Shown piece by piece: positions 56,663 to 64,000 of a stretch of DNA of 64,000 nucleotides. A model generated the notes under the pieces. It was not told where the DNA came from. It was given only the letters and a program-made list of their open reading frames with translations, and did no database searches. The stretch comes from Thermoanaerobaculia bacterium (GTDB lineage: Bacteria > Acidobacteriota > Thermoanaerobaculia > Multivoradales > Multivoraceae). Position numbers and translations under genes: made by a program. How positions within the stretch are numbered: the stretch's first letter is position 1; every line of letters begins with the position of its first letter. Where the stretch lies: assembly GCA_963664405.1 (NCBI GenBank), contig OY761158.1:5536001-5600000 (forward strand). The letters are read 5' to 3'.

Positions 56663-58615
56663 ATGACGTTCGGTTGGAGACCGAGAGCAATGCCGAGAGA
56701 AGCTCTCTTCGGCGCCGTTGCTTTGCTCTGCATCCTTGTAGGGCATGGCTCTCCAGCGCTTGCCCAGACTGCGGGCGCGGTCGAGCCGTCAGCACAAGAG
56801 GGGGGCTCACCGCCGCAGTTGGAGAATCTCGAGGCCTTCCTCGACGGATTCATGGATGCCTACCTGGCCGAGGGCCCTGTTGCCGGTGGCGTCGTCGCGA
56901 TCGTGCAGCGGGGGGAGCTGGTTCTGGCTCGTGGCTACGGCTATGACGACTTGGAAGTGAGAAGGCCCGTAGATCCGGCGCGGACGTTATTTCGCCTCGG
57001 TTCGGTCTCGAAGCTCTTTGTATGGACTGCAGTCATGCAGCTCGTCGAGAGCGGCCAGTTGGATCTGGATGCCGACGTAAACCAATTTCTCGAGGGCTTC
57101 GAGCTTCCCGCCACCTTTGATACTCCGGTGACGATGGCGTCGTTGATGTCGCATACGGGCGGTTTCGAGGATCGCACCCTGGGTCTCTTTTCCAGAAGCT
57201 CCGATCTTCCGGCGCCTCTCGGCGCCATACTTGCGAGAGATTTTCCGGCCCGCGTGCGACCGCCGGGACAGTTCGCTTCCTACTCCAACCACGGAGCAGC
57301 ATTGGCGATGCACGTCGTCGAGCTTGTATCGGGGCAGCCTTGGAAGGAGTACCTAGCCGAGCATGTTTTCCAGCCGCTGACCATGGCGCGAACGACCTTC
57401 GAACAACCCGTGGGGCCTTCTCTCGGTTCCGACTTGGCGAAGGGGTATGGAGTGGTGGGGGGAGAGCTCGAGGAGGCGGGTTTCGAGGTCGTCCCGCTTG
57501 CTCCGGCGGGTGGCGCCTCTGCAACCGCAACCGATATGGCCCGCTTCATGGTCGCGCATCTCCAGCTGGGTGAATTTGGCGAGGCTCGGATTCTGCGTGA
57601 GGAGACGTCACGAAGAATGCACGGCGAGCTTTTTCGGCACGCGGACGGCGTCAATCCGATGGCCTACGGATTCGTCGACGGCAGCCGAAACGGTGAGCGC
57701 ATGATCGGGCATGGAGGAGACACAGTGCTCTTTCACTCCCTCCTACAGATCCTTCCCGAGCGCAAGCTCGGCATCTTTGTCGCCTTCAATACAGCGGGAG
57801 CCAACCCTGCCAAGCTGATCGATGCCTTTATGGACCGCTACTTCCCGGTGTCACCTCCGCCCCCTATCTCACCCCGCGATGGGTGGGAGGAACGCTTGTC
57901 GCTTCTGGTCGGTTCCTATCGATCCAACCGCTTCTCGCACAGCGATCTCACCAAGCTGCCTCGTCAGCGTAGAGTCGAGGTCACGAAGGCTGGCGACGGA
58001 GCGTTGTCGGTCAGCTCCAGTGGCGGAGCTCGCTGGCTCGAAGTCGAGCCCTTGCTCTTTCGTGAGGAGCATGGAGCTCGTACTCTCGCCTTCCGCCAAG
58101 AGGGGACTACCCGTGCCACTCACATGTTCGTCGGTGATCTGCCGATGATCGCCTTCGAGCGACCGCCCCTGCGCGAGGGCAGGCGTTTGCACCGCGGGTT
58201 GGCTTCTGTTTCGATTGTCCTCTTCGTCGGCACTCTAGTCCTTCTGCCTTTGGGTAGCTTTCTGCGCTGGCGATTCCGCGCACCTGTTGATCGAGATCGG
58301 CGTATCCCGCTGCCGGCACGAGCTCTGGTTTGGACTTCCTCTCTTATCTTTACGATCTTTTTCTTCGGCATGGCTCTCGAGCTGCAGGACTCGGTGCAGC
58401 TCGCCTTCGGGGTCACCACTCGCATGCGCCTTCTTCTCCTACTTCCGACGGTTGGAGGTCTGGTGGCGGCGGGGTCGTTTTTCTCTTTGCTGCGCCTCTG
58501 GCGTCGCCAGCAGGGCCGGCTCGGGCCACGCTTCGCTTACACCTTGGTCGTGCTCTCTTCCTTGACTTTTCTGTGGCAGCTGGCGATCTGGCAGCTGCTG
58601 AGCTTTCCCGGGTGA
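56663..58615 (+). CDS. Serine hydrolase (beta-lactamase family) with C-terminal TM helices
   Basis: SVSK, YSN and HGG motifs. Start at 56663 or 56690. Confidence 0.88.
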   Translation: MTFGWRPRAMPREALFGAVALLCILVGHGSPALAQTAGAVEPSAQEGGSPPQLENLEAFLDGFMDAYLAEGPVAGGVVAIVQRGELVLARGYGYDDLEVRRPVDPARTLFRLGSVSKLFVWTAVMQLVESGQLDLDADVNQFLEGFELPATFDTPVTMASLMSHTGGFEDRTLGLFSRSSDLPAPLGAILARDFPARVRPPGQFASYSNHGAALAMHVVELVSGQPWKEYLAEHVFQPLTMARTTFEQPVGPSLGSDLAKGYGVVGGELEEAGFEVVPLAPAGGASATATDMARFMVAHLQLGEFGEARILREETSRRMHGELFRHADGVNPMAYGFVDGSRNGERMIGHGGDTVLFHSLLQILPERKLGIFVAFNTAGANPAKLIDAFMDRYFPVSPPPPISPRDGWEERLSLLVGSYRSNRFSHSDLTKLPRQRRVEVTKAGDGALSVSSSGGARWLEVEPLLFREEHGARTLAFRQEGTTRATHMFVGDLPMIAFERPPLREGRRLHRGLASVSIVLFVGTLVLLPLGSFLRWRFRAPVDRDRRIPLPARALVWTSSLIFTIFFFGMALELQDSVQLAFGVTTRMRLLLLLPTVGGLVAAGSFFSLLRLWRRQQGRLGPRFAYTLVVLSSLTFLWQLAIWQLLSFPG

Positions 58616-58619
58616 GGCC

Positions 58620-60038
58620 GTGAAGGAATCGCCGACTCGGACTTTGGCAGTGGATTGGTCCGGCGCCAAGGCGGCGGCTGAACGGCGTATCTGGCTTGCC
58701 GAGGTTGGAGACGACGGCTTGCATCGAGTCGAGCGCGGCCGCAGCCGGGACCAGATTGCCGAGCATCTCTGTGAGGAGGCAGGCCGCGACCCTCGTTTCG
58801 TGGTCGGCCTGGACTTCGCTTTCTCCTTCCCGCGCTGGTTCCTCGATCACCACGGCTGTGGGTCGGCCGAAGAGCTCTGGCGTCTTGCTCGTAGGCAGGG
58901 GAGTCAATGGAGCGAAGAGATTGAGCCGCCCTTCTTTAAAAAGGGGAGTTGGAACGACGATTGGAATCGTGACTTCCGGTACCACTCTCCTTACCGCAAG
59001 ACGGATCTAGACGTCCCGCTCCGCCCCGAGACCGTTTTCAGACTGATGGGGCAGCGACAGGTGGGGAAGGCGTCCTTAACGGGGCTCCCGGTCCTACTGC
59101 GTCTGCGCGAGGCGGGGTTCAGCATCTGGCCCTTTGATCCTCCCTCCTACCCGATGGCGTTCGAGATCTATCCCCGGCTGTTCTATGGCCATGCGGTCAA
59201 GAAGAGTGATCAAGCGTCGCGCCGCGCGTTCGTTGACGCTACTTTTCCGTCGCTCTCGCCGAAACAGAGGGAGCAGGTGACCGTCTCCGACGATGCGTTC
59301 GACGCCGCGGTGTCTGCCTTGAGCCTCTATCGTTACCGCGAGCGTTTTAAGAGTATCGAGCGTGAGACCGACCCCCTCTTTCTCAGCGAAGGTCGCATCT
59401 GGACCCCTGAGGCTCAGCTCCAGCTCTCGATTCGCAGCGGCGCCGAGACCTTCTCAGGGCGTCTGGCCGAGGCCTTCGCGACAGCCGTGCGTCTGCACGG
59501 CGGCCAGGTTCGAAAGGGATCACCGATCCCCTACATCTCTCATCTCATGGCAGTTACAGCTCTGGTCCTCGAGCAGGGAGGGAGTGAAGAGGAGGCGATC
59601 GGAGCTTTACTTCACGACGCCGCCGAGGATCAAGGCGGGGCGCCAGTCCTGGAAGAGATCCAACACCGCTTCGGGCGTCGGGTGGCAGAGCTCGTGCGCG
59701 GCTGCTCCGACAGCCTGGAGTCACCCAAAGCGCCTTGGCGGGAGCGCAAAGAGGCGTTCCTCGAGCGCCTCCCTACCGCTTCGGATGCGGTGCTGAATGT
59801 CGTGCTTGCCGACAAGGTCCACAATGCGCGTTCCTTGGTCAGGGATCTCGAGCGCGAGGGCAATCGAGCTTGGAGGCATTTCAGCGCTTCGCCCGAAGAG
59901 ACTCTTTGGTATTACGTTCAAGTCGCCGACTGTCTCCGCCGGCGCCCCGACCCGAGGCGAGCTCCCCAGCTCGCAGAGCTGGAGGAGTCGGTCCGCACGC
60001 TTGGCGTGAGTGTGGGGAGTGGGGAGGTGAAAGAGTGA
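58620..60038 (+). CDS. Fusion of a DUF429-like RNase H-fold domain and an HD hydrolase (Mesh1/SpoT-like)
   Basis: N-terminal AVDWSG, GLDFAF, FEIYP, DAFDA, EGRIW; C-terminal RKGSPIPYISH, LLHDAAED, ADKVHN. Confidence 0.75.
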   Translation: MKESPTRTLAVDWSGAKAAAERRIWLAEVGDDGLHRVERGRSRDQIAEHLCEEAGRDPRFVVGLDFAFSFPRWFLDHHGCGSAEELWRLARRQGSQWSEEIEPPFFKKGSWNDDWNRDFRYHSPYRKTDLDVPLRPETVFRLMGQRQVGKASLTGLPVLLRLREAGFSIWPFDPPSYPMAFEIYPRLFYGHAVKKSDQASRRAFVDATFPSLSPKQREQVTVSDDAFDAAVSALSLYRYRERFKSIERETDPLFLSEGRIWTPEAQLQLSIRSGAETFSGRLAEAFATAVRLHGGQVRKGSPIPYISHLMAVTALVLEQGGSEEEAIGALLHDAAEDQGGAPVLEEIQHRFGRRVAELVRGCSDSLESPKAPWRERKEAFLERLPTASDAVLNVVLADKVHNARSLVRDLEREGNRAWRHFSASPEETLWYYVQVADCLRRRPDPRRAPQLAELEESVRTLGVSVGSGEVKE

Positions 60039-60274
60039 AAGAGTAAAGAAGTAAAGAAGTAAAGAAGTGAAGAAGTGAAGAAGTGAAGAGTAGGGAGTGA
60101 TGAGTGAGTGGTGAATAGTGGGGAGTAGGGAACTAGAACGGAAGGGCTGGCAGGTTAGTCATCCTCACCCGTGCCGTATCCCTCCACTCCAACTACTCAC
60201 TGCCTTGTTGACTACCATTCACTCTTCTTACTCTCTCACTCTTTTACTCTTTCACTCTCTTACTTCTTCACTTC
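60029..60274. repeat. Inverted arrays of 8-mer and 7-mer tandem repeats around a short spacer
   Basis: Left arm: GAAAGAGT x2, AAAGAAGT x3, GAAGAAGT x2, then GGGAGT-type 7-mers. Right arm: complementary ACTC/ACTT-based 7-mers then 8-mers. Confidence 0.85.
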
Positions 60275-60279
60275 CGCCT

Positions 60280-61614
60280 TCACTCCGCCTTCACGACCAC
60301 CAACGTAATATCGTCGAGCTGCTCCGCGTCGCCTTTGAAGTTCCAGAGGTCGGCGAGGACGGCTTCGCGGATGTCGCGGCTGGGTTTGTGGGTGTTCTCC
60401 CGCACTCTTTCGGTCAGGCGCTCCCAGCCGTACATCTCCTCGCGATGGTTCGTCACTTCGGTGAGGCCGTCGGTGTAGAGGACCATCACGTCGCCGGTCG
60501 AGAAGCAGGCCTCCTGCTCGCGGTAGTTGGCTTCGAGGCGGGTTCCCAGCGGCGGGGCCGGGTGGCCGACCTCACAAGAACTTGCGGCGGCGGCTGAAAG
60601 ATGGAGCAGGGGAGGGTGTCCGGCCACCGAGACCCTGATACTGCGGCGGTCGCGATCGAAGACGATGTAGAGAAGGGTGATGAACATGCGGGAGTCCGTG
60701 GTTTGACGCACCATGCGGTTGAGTCGCTCCATCGTTTCGCGAGGCGCCAAGCATTCGTCTTGCAGAAGGTGGAGGCAGCTGCGGATTCCCGATAGCAGAA
60801 GACCGCTGGCGACGCCGTGCCCGGCAACGTCGCCGATCGCGATGGTTAGAGGAGAGTCAGCCGATCGGAAGTATTCGTAGTAGTCCCCACCGACCTCGGT
60901 TGCCGGCAACGAGATCGATGCGATGTCGAAGCCTTCGATGGCGGGGTCGCCCTGAGGCAACATACGCAACTGAATTCGCCGGGCATAGTCGAGCTCGTCG
61001 CGCATCCGGACCCGGTCGCGGTGTCTGCTGGATTCGACCTGGAACTCGCCCCTGAATTTTGACGAGTCGGCTCGCATCAGGCCGAGGTTGAGGAACAGCC
61101 CGGCAAGGGTGACGATCCCGAGTACGGAGAGAAGGGGAACCGACAGAGGTGTCGTGTTGCTCCAGGCGTTGGCAATATTGAGACTCGCGATCAGGCAGAA
61201 GACATAGGCAGGGATAGCCGTGAGAGTGCCGAGCCGTAACGGGGTGAGCACGACGGGCGCCAGGAAGCCCAGAACGTAGAGGCCGATGCCCAGCTCAGGT
61301 AGATAGAGAGCGGCGAGGACGAACTGAGCCAGTAGCGAGAGCAGGGCGAAGTGGCGAAAGTGCGAAACGAACGCGGGACGGTCCATGGCCCAGAACACCC
61401 AGCGCAGGAGAATCAGGCTGAAGAGAGGGAGGGCGAGCCGGAGATAGGAGCCTCGGGCGAGCATCCACAGTGCAAAGCCCACCGCGACTGTCGCGAAGGC
61501 GAAGCACCAGATCCGCAGCCATCGATAGGTCGTGGCATCGAAGTGGCGTTGGAGCGCCGCCTCGTCGCTAAGTGCGGCGAGATCCGAGGGTCGCGATTCG
61601 AAGGGAGATGGCAT
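60280..61614 (-). CDS. Membrane PP2C/SpoIIE family phosphatase
   Basis: ARRIQ, EVGGDYY, GDVAGHG, AGHPP, YTDG, DDIT; N-terminal TMs. Confidence 0.92.
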   Translation of the reverse strand: MPSPFESRPSDLAALSDEAALQRHFDATTYRWLRIWCFAFATVAVGFALWMLARGSYLRLALPLFSLILLRWVFWAMDRPAFVSHFRHFALLSLLAQFVLAALYLPELGIGLYVLGFLAPVVLTPLRLGTLTAIPAYVFCLIASLNIANAWSNTTPLSVPLLSVLGIVTLAGLFLNLGLMRADSSKFRGEFQVESSRHRDRVRMRDELDYARRIQLRMLPQGDPAIEGFDIASISLPATEVGGDYYEYFRSADSPLTIAIGDVAGHGVASGLLLSGIRSCLHLLQDECLAPRETMERLNRMVRQTTDSRMFITLLYIVFDRDRRSIRVSVAGHPPLLHLSAAAASSCEVGHPAPPLGTRLEANYREQEACFSTGDVMVLYTDGLTEVTNHREEMYGWERLTERVRENTHKPSRDIREAVLADLWNFKGDAEQLDDITLVVVKAE

Positions 61615-61679
61615 TGGTTAGGTGTTTCTGGGATCCGACACTAGAATGCCTGTACCCAACAGGCAAGGGAGGAGCTCCG

Positions 61680-62600
61680 ATGTCACGAAAGAGCGTAGCG
61701 GCGTTCGTGTGTTTCGCGTTGATGGGTCTTCCGGTGCTGGCGCAGGCGAATAACCCGTGGACCGGGTACCCGCCGGAATTGCCGGGTGCGAAGGCGGAGA
61801 CCTACAAGACCGTCGAGGGTCTCGATCTGAAGCTCTATGTCTATTCTCCCGACGGACATGCGGCGGCTGATCGTCGCCCTGCAGTGGTCTTCTTCTTCGG
61901 CGGGGGCTGGCGAAGTGGCAATCCCATCCAGTTCGCCAAGCAGTGTGAGTACCTCGCCTCCCGTGGCCTGGTTGCCATCACCGTCGACTACCGGGTGCTC
62001 CTCCGCAATGGGCTTCCCGCACGCTTCAGCGTCGCCGACGCCAAGTCGTCGATTCGATGGGTGCGAGAGAACGCGGACCGGCTCGGCATCGATGCGTATC
62101 GCATCGCTTCGGCCGGTGGCTCGGCCGGCGGACACCTGGCGGCGTCGACCGCTTTCCTGTCTCAGCACGACGACCCGGCGGACAATCTCGCAACCAGCGC
62201 CAACCCCAATGCGCTGATCCTCTTCAACCCGGCGACGGTGCTTGCACCCGTGGCCGGCGTCTTCGAACGCGACGACGTTGAGCTCCTCGAGTGGCGGATG
62301 GGCGCGCCACTCGAATCCATGTCTCCCTATCACAACCTCGCCGAGGGAGCCCCGCCGACCCTCGTCTTTCACGGCAAGGCCGACAAGGTCGTGCCCTACG
62401 CTACCGCTGAGGCCTTTTGTGACCGTATGAACGAGCTCGCGGGGAGTTGCGAGCTCGTAGGCTACGACGGCGAAGGCCACGGTTTTTTCAACTACAGCCG
62501 GGGCACCGACGCGTTCCGCGACACTCTGATGCGTGCCGACCGCTTTCTGGTCTCGCTAGGATGGCTCGCGCCGGCCGCTGCCGCCAGCGCGGGAGGTTAG
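61680..62600 (+). CDS. Exported alpha/beta hydrolase (acetyl esterase/lipase)
   Basis: FGGGW, GGSAGG, HGKAD, GHGF. Confidence 0.9.
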   Translation: MSRKSVAAFVCFALMGLPVLAQANNPWTGYPPELPGAKAETYKTVEGLDLKLYVYSPDGHAAADRRPAVVFFFGGGWRSGNPIQFAKQCEYLASRGLVAITVDYRVLLRNGLPARFSVADAKSSIRWVRENADRLGIDAYRIASAGGSAGGHLAASTAFLSQHDDPADNLATSANPNALILFNPATVLAPVAGVFERDDVELLEWRMGAPLESMSPYHNLAEGAPPTLVFHGKADKVVPYATAEAFCDRMNELAGSCELVGYDGEGHGFFNYSRGTDAFRDTLMRADRFLVSLGWLAPAAAASAGG

Positions 62601-62774
62601 ACCAGCGTTTCCAAAGTTCGCGCACATATCTCGGCCCCTTCTGCCCGCTGCCGGCGTTGGCTAGGCGCCCCCGCGCTCCTCGACATATTGCCCAATATGC
62701 CTGCGTCGGCGCGCCTGGCCAGCGAACAGAATGAGCTCGAGCTATGCGGCACGACTCTGGAAACGCTGGTCTAG
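62597..62774. mobile_element. Palindromic MITE-like element, family A copy 3
   Basis: TTAGACCAGCGTTTCCA ... TGGAAACGCTGGTCTAG; colinear with A2; 178 bp; spans the whole gap between convergent genes. Confidence 0.88.
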
Positions 62775-63511
62775 GGGAGTTCGCTGAAGAAGCGGTTCCA
62801 ACGCGGCAGGTAGAAGCGCTCCGGATCGACCGAGATCGCGATCGCGATCGCGCGCCCGACGATGAGCTCTTCGGCCACCACTCCGAACCAGCGCGAGTCG
62901 AAGCTCTCGTCTCGATTGTCTCCCATCACGAAGTAGTGTCCTTCGGGCACCTGAGTCTCGTCGAATGACTGCTTCGAGGGGCGGAAGGGGGCGGTCATAA
63001 CCGGATGGGCGTGTTCTCCAAGCCTCTCCTGGGCAAAGAGGCGACCCTGACGATCCGCGGCGTCGAGCTCGTCGATCACGGCTTCGTCGAGTGGCTCGTA
63101 ATCGATCTTGTTGCCGTTCACGACCAGCTTGTTGGTGGTCATCGACACTCGTTCGCCGGGTAGGCCGACAACCCGCTTCACCAGACGCTTGCCATCCGCG
63201 GGAGAGAAGAAGACCACCAGCTCGCCTCGTGCTGGAACTGCCCAAGATGCCAGCCGGACGCGTGTGAACGGGACCTTGAGGTCGTAGGCCAACTTGTTGA
63301 CGAAGATGCGGTCTCCCACCAAGATGGTCGGCTTCATGGATCCGGTGGGCACATGGTTCCAGTCGGCAACGGCGGAGCGGAAAGTGCCCATGACAATGAG
63401 AATCAAAATGAACGGGCGAATCCACTCCCGCCACAACGGCCCGCCGAATCGGCGTTCTCGAGGAGTCTCCTCAGGGCCGGGGAGGGGTTGCGCTTGGTTT
63501 TCGTCGCTCAT
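62771..63511 (-). CDS. lepB: Signal peptidase I
   Basis: PTGSMKPT, LVKRVVGLPG, GDNRDESFDSR. Confidence 0.93.
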   Translation of the reverse strand: MSDENQAQPLPGPEETPRERRFGGPLWREWIRPFILILIVMGTFRSAVADWNHVPTGSMKPTILVGDRIFVNKLAYDLKVPFTRVRLASWAVPARGELVVFFSPADGKRLVKRVVGLPGERVSMTTNKLVVNGNKIDYEPLDEAVIDELDAADRQGRLFAQERLGEHAHPVMTAPFRPSKQSFDETQVPEGHYFVMGDNRDESFDSRWFGVVAEELIVGRAIAIAISVDPERFYLPRWNRFFSELP

Positions 63512-63603
63512 CAGACTCACGTTCACTAGGTACGTTCGAATGGTGCCATGAGTTCGATCGGATGTCGACCTAGCGGCCGTGGGACCTCTGCTAGGATCGA
63601 GCC

Positions 63604-64000
63604 GTGGCCTCCATCGTCGGCGCTCTGCGTGAGATCTTTCCTCCCGAGCGTTTGCTGCAGAAGCGGGTGGAACTGCTCCCTTACGAGAGCGACGCCCTCA
63701 CCGCCTACCGGGCGCGGCCCCTGGTCGTCGTTCTACCGTCGAGCTCCGAGGAGGTGGTGGCGGCTGTACGCGCCTGCCATGAGCACGAGGTTCCTTTTGT
63801 GGCGCGCGGCAGCGGCACCAGCCTCTCAGGTGGCTCGCTGCCGGTGGAGGGAGGGGTTGTGATCGGACTGAATCGGCTCGATCGCATCCTGCGCCTCGAT
63901 GCCGATGACGCGATCGCGGTGGTCGAACCGGGGGTGGTCAATCTTCGCGTCTCTGAGGCCGCGGCTCCCTTCGGGCTCTATTACGCTCCCGACCCCTCGA
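63604..64000 (+). CDS. glcD: FAD-linked glycolate oxidase subunit (3'-truncated by the window edge)
   Basis: Own translation: PYESDAL...[12 protein letters not shown]...[12 protein letters not shown]...YYAPDPS. Confidence 0.82.
   Translation, partial: MASIVGALREIFPPERLLQKRVELLPYESDALTAYRARPLVVVLPSSSEEVVAAVRACHEHEVPFVARGSGTSLSGGSLPVEGGVVIGLNRLDRILRLDADDAIAVVEPGVVNLRVSEAAAPFGLYYAPDPS

Noticed and set aside
60029-60274. CRISPR array, or the 159-aa ORF at 60118
   Set aside because: Units are 7-8 bp with no unique spacers and no cas genes. The ORF is low-complexity repeat translation running antisense to the phosphatase.

Overview
A gene-dense, GC-rich (roughly 65% by eye) bacterial chromosomal segment. 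The gene content suggests Acidobacteriota, but that is inference only. About 55 genes: flavin monooxygenases and SDRs, transporters, a Ser/Thr kinase, a multicopper oxidase-ZIP-cupredoxin operon, a tungsten cluster (tupABC ... moaD-aor-moeA-moeA/PBP) interrupted by a Y1/HUH (RAYT-like) transposase, an Opp/Dpp ABC system, pdxR-pdxS-pdxT, a Tat-exported PaoABC-like molybdoenzyme with cytochrome b, metY-metX, lepB and a partial glcD. No rRNA, tRNA or CRISPR was seen. The ORF track misses two things. (1) Two adjacent genes are split by in-frame TGA codons in UxxC motifs followed by SECIS-like hairpins: a DsbA-like and a GrdB/PrdB-like selenoprotein. (2) There is a set of small palindromic mobile elements: three copies of a ~170-180 bp TIR element, one 183 bp element with different TIRs but the same structured core, and a 78 bp twin-hairpin element found once nested in a TIR element and once inserted in frame in pdxT. 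Several of these elements sit exactly on TAG stop codons.
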